A stretch of 64,000 nt of DNA from assembly GCA_041651535.1 (NCBI GenBank), contig JBAZIZ010000003.1, positions 19,357 to 83,356 on the forward strand, read 5' to 3'. Positions 1 through 9,140 of the stretch are shown here, one piece after another. The stretch's first letter is position 1. Every line of letters starts with the position of its first letter. Both the position numbers and the translations under genes were made by a program. Below the pieces are notes generated by a model. The model was given only the letters and a program-made list of their open reading frames with translations. It searched no databases and was not told the DNA's origin. Source of the DNA: Patescibacteria group bacterium (GTDB lineage: Bacteria > Patescibacteriota > Patescibacteriia > Magasanikbacterales > UBA922).

Positions 1-152
1 ATATTTCTTCCGTTACCGCAACCAACTTCCAACACTTTTGCATTTTTAGAAATATTTTTAATTAAAAAATTATTCTCTTTAATAAAAAGTTCTTTATATT
101 TAGGAGAAGGGGTTTTTAAAATTTTTTCCCAATAATTTATACTACTATTCAT
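1..152 (-). CDS. Class I SAM-dependent methyltransferase (partial, runs off window start)
   Basis: Manual translation from ATG at 152: MNSSINYWEKILK...KVLEVGCGNGRN, containing the motif I ExGxGxG; not in ORF track. Confidence 0.8.
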   Translation of the reverse strand, partial: MNSSINYWEKILKTPSPKYKELFIKENNFLIKNISKNAKVLEVGCGNGRN

Positions 153-172
153 ATAATATTTTTCCAAAAAAA

Positions 173-1384
173 TTATTTATTTTCTTCAGAAATTACATCT
201 TTTACTTTTTCTGGAGTATCTTCACTGCTGACTGCAGTTTCATTTCCCAAATCAACAACCGAAATTTGCCATCCTGTAAGTTCAGTAGCAAGACGTACAT
301 TTTGTCCATCTTTACCAATTGCTAAAGAAAATTGATCACTATTAACTTTTGCCACAGCTTCTTTATTTTCTTTATCTAATTCAACTTTTTCAATTTTAGC
401 AGGTGCCAAAGAATTTTTTATATATTCTTCAGCTTTATTAGAATACAAAATCACATCAATTTTTTCTCCACCTAATTCTTCAATAATTACATTTATACGA
501 CTGCCTCTTTGTCCAATACAAGAACCAATTGGATCAATATTTTCATCTTCAGTAAATACAGCAACTTTTGCTCTACTACCAGCATCACGAGCAATACCTT
601 TGATTACAACTTCTTCATTGGCTATTTCAGGAACTTCTTGTTCCAAAACTACTTCAACCATTTTATTAGCTTTTCTAGATAAAATTATTTCAGGACCACG
701 CACGCCAGTTTCTACTGACATCAAATAAAATTTCATTCTATTTCCTAAATTATAACGATCACGAGAGACAGTTTCACCTTGTGGTAAAATTCCAGTAATT
801 TTTCCTAAATCAATGATATAACCACCTTCTCTGTTTCTTCTTTGAACAACACCTTGAACTATCATTCCTTCTTGTTTTTTAAAATCATCAAAAACAGTTT
901 CCCTTTCAGCTTCACGAAGTTTTTGAATAATAACTTGTTTAGCTGTCATAGCAGCCATACGACCAAAATTACCAGGAACTTCTAAATCAATTTTTAAAAT
1001 ATCTCCAATTTTTGCTTTTTTATTGTGAGTTTTAGCTTCAGAAAGCATTATTTGATTTCTTGGATTAAATCTTACTAAATCCGCAATTTCTTCCTCGGTT
1101 AATTCTCTTTCTTCTTGTAACGCTTGTTCTCTTCTTTTTGTTAATTCTTCAGCATCTTTTTCCAATTTTTCAGCTTCAATATCAGCTACAACTTCTTTTT
1201 CATCCCAAACTTTCATATCACCTGTTTCTGGATCAAAAATAACTTGGACATTTTGTTGTTTATTTCCAAAATCTTTTCTGTAAGCAGCTGCCAAAGCAGT
1301 TTGCAAAGCATCAATTACAGTTTCATAATTAAGACCTTTTTCTTCACAAATAAATTGAATTTGTTTTGAAACTTCTGAACTCAT
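173..1384 (-). CDS. nusA: Transcription termination/antitermination factor NusA
   Basis: FGRMAAMTAKQVIIQKLREAER, S1 and KH motifs ARDAGSRAKVAV, DPIGSCIGQRGSR, AIGKDGQNVRLA. Confidence 0.97.
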   Translation of the reverse strand: MSSEVSKQIQFICEEKGLNYETVIDALQTALAAAYRKDFGNKQQNVQVIFDPETGDMKVWDEKEVVADIEAEKLEKDAEELTKRREQALQEERELTEEEIADLVRFNPRNQIMLSEAKTHNKKAKIGDILKIDLEVPGNFGRMAAMTAKQVIIQKLREAERETVFDDFKKQEGMIVQGVVQRRNREGGYIIDLGKITGILPQGETVSRDRYNLGNRMKFYLMSVETGVRGPEIILSRKANKMVEVVLEQEVPEIANEEVVIKGIARDAGSRAKVAVFTEDENIDPIGSCIGQRGSRINVIIEELGGEKIDVILYSNKAEEYIKNSLAPAKIEKVELDKENKEAVAKVNSDQFSLAIGKDGQNVRLATELTGWQISVVDLGNETAVSSEDTPEKVKDVISEENK

Positions 1385-1457
1385 ATTTATAAATTATTAA
1401 TAAATTAATTTTTTAATAAAAAAACCAGCATATTTATAATGCTAGCCTACAATCAAT

Positions 1458-1486
1458 AGTATAGCATATTTTCAATCTTTTGTCAA
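1458..1486 (-). promoter_or_regulatory. sigma70-type promoter for nusA
   Basis: Minus strand TTGACA-17 nt-TATACT, with TG just upstream of the -10. Confidence 0.7.
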
Positions 1487-1575
1487 CCATCTTGTTCGCT
1501 TTTTCTCTTATTTTGGGTGAATTTTGATAAAAAATAAATAGACAAAAATATATAAAAAAACAGTTATCTGTACAC

Positions 1576-1712
1576 TTTGTCACTCTGAGGCGAAGCCGAA
1601 GAGTCCCTTAGATAGTGAATTACCACTAATCAATTATAATTTAATAATTATTGAATCAAAAACATCTAAGGGATTCTTCACCCAACTAATCGTCGGGTTC
1701 AGAATGACAAAA
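1576..1712. repeat. Long imperfect palindromic REP/MITE-like element, copy 1
   Basis: TTTGTCACTCTGAG..GAAGAGTCCCTTAGAT ... ATCTAAGGGATTCTTC..TCAGAATGACAAAA; related copy at 9141-9290. Confidence 0.7.
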
Positions 1713-1822
1713 GTAAATGGAAATCTGCTTTAAAAAAAGTTTATTTATTCAGAAAATTTATTTAGATAAAAAAGTTTCTAAAAAATAAAAATAATTTTCA
1801 AATCGTTTTTTAATTTTTAATT

Positions 1823-1862
1823 CCTGCCTACATGCCTAACGGCACGTAAACCGGCAGGCAGG
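1823..1862. repeat. Short REP-like palindrome CCTGCCTAC-(22 nt)-GCAGGCAGG
   Basis: GC-rich inverted repeat; related copies at 3192-3211, 9441-9480 and about 23938-23957. Confidence 0.7.
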
Positions 1863-1875
1863 TTGAATTTTTAAT

Positions 1876-2250
1876 TTAAAATGGTATTTCATAATGAAAA
1901 ATTTTATAATCTTTTTCATTATTTATATAAATACTTATTTCTTCAAATTGAATTGGAATATTTGAACTATCAATATTATTTTTTAAACAAAATATTTTTG
2001 CTGTTTTTAACATTTTATTTATTTTTATTTTATCTACTGCTCTTTCAGCACTACCAATTTCACCTTGACGAGTTTTGACTTCAATAAAACATAAAGTATC
2101 CCCTAAAAAACTTTTTTTATGCCAAGCAATAATATCTATTTCTCCTTCACGAATTTTAAAATTACGACAAACAATATCATAATTTAATTTAAATAAAAAA
2201 TCGGTCGCTATTTGTTCACCCCGATTTCCAAGCTCCTTTTTTGTTTTCAT
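1876..2250 (-). CDS. yraN: YraN family (UPF0102) putative endonuclease
   Basis: [30 protein letters not shown]. Confidence 0.9.
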   Translation of the reverse strand: MKTKKELGNRGEQIATDFLFKLNYDIVCRNFKIREGEIDIIAWHKKSFLGDTLCFIEVKTRQGEIGSAERAVDKIKINKMLKTAKIFCLKNNIDSSNIPIQFEEISIYINNEKDYKIFHYEIPF

Positions 2251-2254
2251 ATTT

Positions 2255-2806
2255 TTAATTTCTAAATAAAATTATTCCATGGTGATAATTTCCTAAATCA
2301 AATTCTTCTTGAACAACAAAATTATTTTTTTCAGCCCAATTTTTTATTTTTGTAAAATCAACAAACTCATTTTCAGTTGGTCCTAATCCACTTAATTTTT
2401 TACTCCAATCGACAATAACGATTCTAGATTTTTCTTTTAAAATACGAGCTGCTTCTGATAATGATATTTCGGAATCTTTAAAATGATATAAAACGTTAAT
2501 AAAAAAGGCAACATCTAAAGTTTTTGGAACAATTGAAAGAGAATTTCTTTTTTCCAAATCAGCCCAAACTGTTTCAATGTTATTTATAAATTCTATTTCT
2601 GCTCGTGCTATGATAGCATCTAAAACATCTTTTAAAATATCGATTGCATAAACAATCCCTCGATCTCCAACAATTTTTGAACCAGTAAAAACAATATGTC
2701 CAGTTCTACCACATCCAAAATCAGCAATATGCATACCTTCATGAAGGTGTGCTTTTTCAAAAATTATACTTGGATCTATTAAATTGTTACCGCTATGATA
2801 AGACAT
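2255..2806 (-). CDS. Class I SAM-dependent methyltransferase
   Basis: [10 protein letters not shown] motif I, VYAIDI, RIVIVDW. Confidence 0.85.
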   Translation of the reverse strand: MSYHSGNNLIDPSIIFEKAHLHEGMHIADFGCGRTGHIVFTGSKIVGDRGIVYAIDILKDVLDAIIARAEIEFINNIETVWADLEKRNSLSIVPKTLDVAFFINVLYHFKDSEISLSEAARILKEKSRIVIVDWSKKLSGLGPTENEFVDFTKIKNWAEKNNFVVQEEFDLGNYHHGIILFRN

Positions 2807-2815
2807 AAAAAAAAA

Positions 2816-3058
2816 TTAAAGACCAAAAGCTTTACCAAAAATTGAAATAAAAATTTCTCCGAGCATCCCAGTCATTCCCAAAAAAGAACCCACGATAAAT
2901 AAAATCCCGATTATCTTGTACATTAAACGACTGCCACCTTCCACACCTAAATGTTCTTCTGCCCAATCAATCCGACCAAAATTTTCTAAAAACCATTCAG
3001 TTTTTATGACCAAAATTGCTCCTAAAGCCATGACAGCTATTCCTAAAAAATATTTCAT
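2816..3058 (-). CDS. Small membrane protein with two predicted TM segments
   Basis: Two hydrophobic stretches; co-oriented in operon with short spacing. Confidence 0.7.
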   Translation of the reverse strand: MKYFLGIAVMALGAILVIKTEWFLENFGRIDWAEEHLGVEGGSRLMYKIIGILFIVGSFLGMTGMLGEIFISIFGKAFGL

Positions 3059-3229
3059 AATAAAATTAATTTACAAAACTATTATAACACAAAAAATGAC
3101 CAAAAGTCTAACGTCTAAAGTGAAAAGTCTTTTACTAAAAAAATTAAATAAAAAAACAGTCTTGTCTAAGACTATTTTTTAATTTTGCATTCCTGTCTGT
3201 CGGTAGGCAGGTTTAATTTTTAATTTATT

Positions 3230-3961
3230 TTATTTCTCGTTTGTATACACAGCTTTTACATCATCTAAATCTTCCATTTTTTCTACAAAATTTGCTAATT
3301 TTTCACTATCTTCATCACTTAAATCTATTTTTTCTTTTGCTACCCATTCTAATCCAGAATCAATCATTTCAATATTATTTTTTTCAACAGTTTCTAACAT
3401 TTTTTGAAAATTTTCTTTTGAGCTATATAATTCTATACCTTCTTCTGTTTCTAAAATATCTTCAACTCCTCCGTCCATTAAATTTAATTGCATTTCTTCC
3501 CAATTATTTATTTTATCTTTTTCTTCTTTTACAAATCTAATAACTCCTTTTTGTTCAAATTGCCATTTTACTGAACCGGCTCCACCCATATTACCACCGT
3601 TTTTTGTAAAAATATTTTTTACTTCAGTAATCGTACGATTACTATTATCTGAAACCGTTTCCACTAAAATCGCACTACTTGCTGGCCCAAAACCTTCATA
3701 TAAAAATTCTTGAAAAACTGCTCCGTCTTTATCTTCACCTGTACCTTTTTTGATGGCTCTTTCAATATTATCTTTTGGCATGTTTACTGCTTTAGCTTTT
3801 TCAATTGCTAAACGCAAAGAAAAATTCATTGTTGGGTCGCCACCACCTTTTTGTGCAGCAACAGATATATGTCTGGCTAATTTTGTAAAAATGCTGGATT
3901 TTTTGGCGTCAGCAGCACCTTTTTTATGTTGGATATTGCTCCATTTATTATGTCCACTCAT
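3230..3961 (-). CDS. yebC: YebC/PmpR family protein
   Basis: True start MSGHNKWSNIQHKKG at 3961; NMPKDNIERAIKKG, YEGFGP. Confidence 0.95.
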   Translation of the reverse strand: MSGHNKWSNIQHKKGAADAKKSSIFTKLARHISVAAQKGGGDPTMNFSLRLAIEKAKAVNMPKDNIERAIKKGTGEDKDGAVFQEFLYEGFGPASSAILVETVSDNSNRTITEVKNIFTKNGGNMGGAGSVKWQFEQKGVIRFVKEEKDKINNWEEMQLNLMDGGVEDILETEEGIELYSSKENFQKMLETVEKNNIEMIDSGLEWVAKEKIDLSDEDSEKLANFVEKMEDLDDVKAVYTNEK

Positions 3962-4112
3962 ATTTATTTTAATTAAAATAAAATAATCTTTTTTAGATTT
4001 TACCTCATTTTTCAAAAAAAATCAAGCAGACAAATTATGATTTATGATTCTAGATTTTAGAATTAAAATTTTTAGCAAATAAACTCATAAATCTAAAATC
4101 TTAATTCTAAAA

Positions 4113-6257
4113 TTATTCGTAGACTTTCTCCACATTCACTCCTGTGTAATAATATTTTAAAATATCTTTAAAACCTACATCTTCTCTATCCGCCATGTAG
4201 GCAGCGTCACGAGCACTCATTCCAACTCCATGCCCAAGCATAGCTTTTGGATACATTTTGTCATATTTAGCAATAACTGATACTAACCACGGTTTTGCAG
4301 ATCCGCCCCACACTTCTGTCCAAGATCTTGTTCGGCCATCACTGTTTGCATAATAAGGAGTAATTACTATTTCTCCTTTGTAAGTAACCATATAACCACG
4401 AGTATTATTAGCTGCTTCCACAACTCTTGGCATTAAAACTTCACTAGCATAACCTAAAAATAATTGATCGCCTGTATTAGCTACAACATCAAAATATCTT
4501 GAAGCATGTTTGTCAGTATTAGTCATTGTATAATAAGCATAAGTTCTAGCTGCGGTCAAAAGTGCTTCTATATAATCAATATCTGATAAATTTGAGGTTT
4601 CGCCTATTCCAGCTACATAATCTTCAAGCAAAAGTTCATTTATAACATAATTATGAGAACCATCTTCAGTTGTACGATATTCAAAAACACCACGATAAGT
4701 GTTAAAATTAACTGCTCCTTTCCAAGAAACAAGCCGATCATAATTTGTTAATTCAAAAACAGCACGATTGTTTTTTTCTGGAACAAGCCTAATAAAATTA
4801 CTAGTAGAAAAATACAATTCATCAGTTTCATAAGTATAAATTCCCCCATCATAATGCATTTTAGCTGTTTTTCCTTTTTCTAATTCACCCATTTTTTTTG
4901 AACCTTTATAAACAATGTAAGTGTCTTCATTTGATTTAAAATAAACTTCGCCATCATCTGGATCACGCCAAATACCAACTCTGATAGTTGGCTCATCAAA
5001 ACGCGGTGTAAAAATTTCTTCCTCTTCTTCAGAATCATATTCACTGTATTTTGAACCAATAAAATTTGAAGAAGCATCTTTTGAAACAACAACTTTTATA
5101 TTTGTAATTGTATCCGACAATATTTTATCACCAATTTTTAAAACTATACTAAAATTATATTCACCAGAATATTTTGGAGTATTTATATAAAAACTTTCTT
5201 TGGCTATTCCCCATTTTTCTACTGAATTTTCTTTATTTAAAATAATTTCTTTTGCTTCCCAACTGTCATCACTAAAATCACCATCATTTTGTTCTGACAA
5301 AACAAAAGAATAATCTGACCAATCTTCAGTGCTTAAATTTTGGTAAGCTAAAATAATTTTTATTCTTTCACCACCTTTAGCTTGAATTTCTTTTTTATTT
5401 ATCATGACAAGTTTTGCTTCACCTTCGGCAGTTTTTACTTCAACATTATCTTTTTCAGTTGTTGGAATTAAATCACTAACATTAGAATAATCTGTTTTTG
5501 TTTGTGTATTCGTTTTTGAACTTAAATTAGAATTATTAAGCAAAGCTCTTGTACCTTCGCCAATCCAACCTGGGTAAGGTGCTAATTTATTATCTTTTTG
5601 AAAAGCAATTACAGCTTGTTTTGTCACTTCGCCAAAATAACCAGTAATTTCATGATCAAAATAACCAAGTTCTTTTAATTTTGTTTGTAATTGTGTAACT
5701 TCTTCTCCTTCATCTTCTAAATATAAATAATTTTTAAAAACATATGTTGGTTTTTCTACAACTTTTATTTTTACATAAAAATAACCACCTTCTAACCAAG
5801 AATAATTTCTAGCAGCTAAATAAAATTTTTCTATATATTCACCAGCTTTTGTATCAGTTGGCACAGAAAAATCAACGTTAATTTCACCAAATTCTTTTGC
5901 TGCTATTTTGTCTGGTGTCATTTTTGCAGTTTGACTTGGTTCTAACCAATTTTTACCAGCAAAAATACTATTATGATAGCGTTCTTCCATGGTATAAGCG
6001 GAAATATAATTTGCTCCACTATTGTCCCAAGTTGTATTTCCAACATTTTGAAATTTAAAAATTACATTTTTTGTTTCACCAGCTATAATTTCTATCGGAT
6101 CATTTACAGTTTGGGAAATATATTTTGCTTTAAATTTAGAATCTTTAATTGAAACTTCAGGAATTGTGTTTATATCTGTCCCAAAAACATTTTTAGAGAA
6201 TAAAAAACTTAAACTCAGAAATAAAACAAAAATAAAAACAAAACTTTTTTTATTCAT
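4113..6257 (-). CDS. Secreted SpoIID/LytB-domain protein with Ig-like (NBR1-like) and peptidoglycan-binding domains
   Basis: Signal peptide; FQNVGNTTW Ig-like; GEEVTQLQTKLKELGYF..TGYFGEVTKQAVIAFQ PG-binding; LEDYVAGIGE, AARTYA, GHGVGMS, ILKYYYTG. Confidence 0.85.
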   Translation of the reverse strand: MNKKSFVFIFVLFLSLSFLFSKNVFGTDINTIPEVSIKDSKFKAKYISQTVNDPIEIIAGETKNVIFKFQNVGNTTWDNSGANYISAYTMEERYHNSIFAGKNWLEPSQTAKMTPDKIAAKEFGEINVDFSVPTDTKAGEYIEKFYLAARNYSWLEGGYFYVKIKVVEKPTYVFKNYLYLEDEGEEVTQLQTKLKELGYFDHEITGYFGEVTKQAVIAFQKDNKLAPYPGWIGEGTRALLNNSNLSSKTNTQTKTDYSNVSDLIPTTEKDNVEVKTAEGEAKLVMINKKEIQAKGGERIKIILAYQNLSTEDWSDYSFVLSEQNDGDFSDDSWEAKEIILNKENSVEKWGIAKESFYINTPKYSGEYNFSIVLKIGDKILSDTITNIKVVVSKDASSNFIGSKYSEYDSEEEEEIFTPRFDEPTIRVGIWRDPDDGEVYFKSNEDTYIVYKGSKKMGELEKGKTAKMHYDGGIYTYETDELYFSTSNFIRLVPEKNNRAVFELTNYDRLVSWKGAVNFNTYRGVFEYRTTEDGSHNYVINELLLEDYVAGIGETSNLSDIDYIEALLTAARTYAYYTMTNTDKHASRYFDVVANTGDQLFLGYASEVLMPRVVEAANNTRGYMVTYKGEIVITPYYANSDGRTRSWTEVWGGSAKPWLVSVIAKYDKMYPKAMLGHGVGMSARDAAYMADREDVGFKDILKYYYTGVNVEKVYE

Positions 6258-6333
6258 AAATATTTTTTAGATTAATTTTTTATATTATAGCATAAAATAA
6301 ATTAAAAAGGAAAAAGTAAAAAGGAAAAAAGAT

Positions 6334-6363
6334 TTGATAAAAATAAATAAAAAATGTTATAGT
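6334..6363 (+). promoter_or_regulatory. Candidate promoter for the DGR TR-containing RNA
   Basis: TTGATA-18 nt-TATAGT with TG before the -10; no plus-strand ORF until the RT. Confidence 0.45.
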
Positions 6364-6610
6364 ATTATTGAAAGTAAGCTAATGAATTTTAGATCAAGGT
6401 TTAAAATCGCTGAAATCCTAAAACTTTAAATTACCAGATTTTAATAATCAAGGTTATTAAAAGTGTGTAGTAAAGATTTTAGATGCTACTTACTGATTTT
6501 TGGAGTAGTTTAAAAACTACAAAATAAAATACAGGAAAAATGAGTATATAAGATTTTAATCAGTAAACCTCTAATTCCAGTGCAAACAGATGAAAATCAG
6601 TAAAAAATAA

Positions 6611-6732
6611 GCTCCCGCTATGAGGATGATAGGGTGCCGAATGTCAATCTGTATGACGATGAAGTTCCTAAGTTGAACTGGAACAACTTTGACAACTCGA
6701 ATGACAAGTGGGGTTCAGCTTCTTGCCGTAGC
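6611..6732 (+). repeat. DGR template repeat (TR)
   Basis: 122 bp matching the reverse complement of 8247-8368; 19 mismatches, all at TR adenines; 7 AAY codons in target frame. Confidence 0.96.
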
Positions 6733-6748
6733 CTCTAAAATACAAAAA

Positions 6749-6768
6749 AAACGTCCTTATGGGCGTTT
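6749..6768. terminator. Hairpin between TR and the avd 3' end (avd terminator and/or TR RNA structure)
   Basis: AAACGTCC-TTAT-GGGCGTTT; followed by a T-run on the minus strand. Confidence 0.55.
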
Positions 6769-6777
6769 CTATTTTTA

Positions 6778-7134
6778 TCAAAGAAAACGAATCCAACCAC
6801 CTAACATCCTGCCTATTTCTTGTATTTGACTTTCCAGTTTTATATATTTATTATTATCAATTATTTTTAATTCTCTTTCCATTCTAAGTAAAACTTTCAA
6901 AGTATCAAATTTATTATTTGCTTCTATTAATTTTATCTTCTTGTCTTGTCTTTTTAAACTCATCGCTGATAAAATTAGTTCTAAAAAAGAAATAATATAT
7001 TCTTCACATTTTTTTCCAAGCATATATTGATCTTTTTTAGGAAAAGTTTTGGCATAAAAATAATATTCTTTATATAAGTCAACTGTTTTTTTAAGAATCG
7101 GAGCCTCATTTTTTATTTGATCAAAATTTTGCAT
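6778..7134 (-). CDS. avd: DGR accessory variability determinant Avd (four-helix bundle)
   Basis: PILKKTVDLYK, FPKKDQYMLG, QEIGRMLGGW motifs; adjacent to RT and TR. Confidence 0.9.
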   Translation of the reverse strand: MQNFDQIKNEAPILKKTVDLYKEYYFYAKTFPKKDQYMLGKKCEEYIISFLELILSAMSLKRQDKKIKLIEANNKFDTLKVLLRMERELKIIDNNKYIKLESQIQEIGRMLGGWIRFL

Positions 7135-8184
7135 ATGAAAATTTATAAAAATATTTTTAATGATATTATTTCAATGAACAATTTACTTTTAGCATGGGAT
7201 GAATTTAAAAAAGGTAAAAGAAATAAAATAGATGTCCAAAATTTTGAACTTTATTTAGAAGATAATTTATTTAATCTTCATAATGATTTAATAGATAAAA
7301 AATATAAACATAATAAATATACTGATTTTTATATTAATGATCCTAAAAAAAGACACATTCATAAAGCATTAGTAAAAGATAGGCTAATTCATCATGCAAT
7401 TCATCGCATAATTTATCCTATCTTTGATCCAATTTTTATTTTTGATTCTTATTCTTCTAGAAAAAATAAAGGTGTTCATAAAGCAATAAGTAGATTAAAA
7501 GTTTTTTTAAATAAAGTTAATCAAACTCATAATAAATGTTTTGTATTAAAATGTGATATAAAAAAATTTTTTTCTAGCATTGATCATAACATACTCATAA
7601 AAATAATTTCTGAAAAAATAAAAGATGAAGAATTAGTATGTTTATTAAAAGAAATTATTAATAGTTTTGAATCTGAATTTAGTATAAACAAAGATAAAAA
7701 AGGATTACCAATCGGAAATCTAACATCCCAACTTTTTGCAAATGTTTACCTAAATGAATTAGATCAATTTATTAAACAAAATTTAAAAATAAAATATTAT
7801 ATTCGTTATGCTGATGATTTTGTTATTATTCATCAGGATAAAAATTATTTAATAAATAATTTAATTAAAATAGATAATTTTATAAAAGAAAAATTAAAAA
7901 TGTCTTTACATCCAAACAAAATTTCAATCAGAAAGTGTAGTCAGGGTGTAGATTATTTAGGGTATGTAATTTTACCCAAAGCTACTGTTTTGAGAACAAA
8001 GACCAAGCGTAGAATTTTAAAAAAAATTAAATTAAGAATAAAAGAATATAAAAATAAAAAAATTGATAAATTCTTTCTTACTCAATCGATAAATTCTTAT
8101 CTTGGTGTTTTAAGTCATGCTAATAGTTACAAGTTAAAACAAAAACTAAAACAAAGTATTAAAGAAAGTTTTGATGAAAAATAA
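7135..8184 (+). CDS. DGR reverse transcriptase
   Basis: DPKKRHI, DRLIHHA, LKCDIKKFF, GLPIGNLTSQLFAN, YIRYADDF, GVDYLGY; likely ATG at 7135. Confidence 0.95.
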   Translation: MKIYKNIFNDIISMNNLLLAWDEFKKGKRNKIDVQNFELYLEDNLFNLHNDLIDKKYKHNKYTDFYINDPKKRHIHKALVKDRLIHHAIHRIIYPIFDPIFIFDSYSSRKNKGVHKAISRLKVFLNKVNQTHNKCFVLKCDIKKFFSSIDHNILIKIISEKIKDEELVCLLKEIINSFESEFSINKDKKGLPIGNLTSQLFANVYLNELDQFIKQNLKIKYYIRYADDFVIIHQDKNYLINNLIKIDNFIKEKLKMSLHPNKISIRKCSQGVDYLGYVILPKATVLRTKTKRRILKKIKLRIKEYKNKKIDKFFLTQSINSYLGVLSHANSYKLKQKLKQSIKESFDEK

Positions 8185-8186
8185 AA

Positions 8187-8211
8187 GGGACAAATCCACT
8201 GGATCCGTCCC
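8187..8211. promoter_or_regulatory. Hairpin downstream of VR (candidate DGR target-recognition stem-loop and/or terminator)
   Basis: Minus strand GGGACGGATCC-AGT-GGATTTGTCCC, about 27 nt after the target stop, between convergent RT and target. Confidence 0.65.
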
Positions 8212-8237
8212 CCCAAAAGTTTCAAAATTCCAAAGCC

Positions 8238-8966
8238 CTAGCTCCTGCTACGGCAAGAAGCCGAACCCCACAAGCCAACCGAGAAGTCAAAGTCGAACCA
8301 GCCCAACTTAGGAACCTCATCGTCATACAGACCGACAAACGGCACCCTATCAACCTCATAGCGGGAGCCGGTGCAATCCACATAATGATCGCTGAGAACC
8401 TTTGTAAAAATACAAAGGTTTATACCCTCGTCAGAAGTAAGACATGATCTTCCTTCTTTTTTGATCAATTCTTCAGATTCTCTCGGTGATTTTCCGAGTA
8501 TCTCTTTTCCATTTTCTACGTCATAGATGACGTAAAGTCCTTTCTCAGGAACTTCAACAATATCTTTGATTTCGTTTGGACTAAGATAGGATACACCTTT
8601 CTTATCTCCATTGTGAACCAAAGACATAAGACCATTGACCCCAAGATAGGATTTGGTGGTGATAAAAAGAAAAGGGATACGGTTGTCAGGAATATCCATC
8701 TCCACTGCTTTGGAGATAACTTCCTCACGATAATCTTTGTCTGCGAAGAAATTAATTATCGTTTCAAGAAAATTAATTTCTTTCATTTTTTTGAGGTAGC
8801 TGTCATACAACTTCTCAAGTTTTTTCCTTTTTTCCTGATTTTCTGCTTTGTTTTTCTCAAACACTTCGGAATTCTCTTTAAGAAATTTTTCCTTTTCTTC
8901 AGGAGAAAGTTCATTAAAAAGTTTCTGAATTTTTTTAAATTTTGAATCAAACATTTTACTCTCCAT
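8238..8966 (-). CDS. DGR target protein, DUF5701-like, with C-terminal variable region
   Basis: VR encodes the last ~40 aa; YDVENG..GRSCLTSDEGI..GSR..RVP..PKLGW..WGSASC resembles DUF5701 as recalled, not searched; no signal peptide. Confidence 0.85.
   Translation of the reverse strand: MESKMFDSKFKKIQKLFNELSPEEKEKFLKENSEVFEKNKAENQEKRKKLEKLYDSYLKKMKEINFLETIINFFADKDYREEVISKAVEMDIPDNRIPFLFITTKSYLGVNGLMSLVHNGDKKGVSYLSPNEIKDIVEVPEKGLYVIYDVENGKEILGKSPRESEELIKKEGRSCLTSDEGINLCIFTKVLSDHYVDCTGSRYEVDRVPFVGLYDDEVPKLGWFDFDFSVGLWGSASCRSRS
8247..8368 (-). repeat. DGR variable repeat (VR)
   Basis: Copy of TR with 10 A>T and 9 A>G substitutions. Confidence 0.96.
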
Positions 8967-9140
8967 GGTAATTATTTGTAATGTGCTGATAATTATTTAT
9001 TACTAAATAACAAATTATAATAACATATTATAAGTGTTTTGTCAACCTAATTAATCACTTTTTCGCTTATTTTAGCTAAATTTTGATTAAAAAAATAGGT
9101 GAAAATATAAGAATAAACAAAAAAACAATTAGTCAATCAC

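Larger units (their letters stand above)
6611..8966. mobile_element. Diversity-generating retroelement (TR, avd, RT, target gene with VR)
   Basis: All four components within 2.4 kb; TR/VR differ only at TR adenines. Confidence 0.96.

Noticed and set aside
7117-8184. RT as a group II intron, retron or CRISPR-associated RT
   Set aside because: No maturase/endonuclease extension or cas genes; adjacent Avd and an adenine-specific TR/VR pair identify a DGR.
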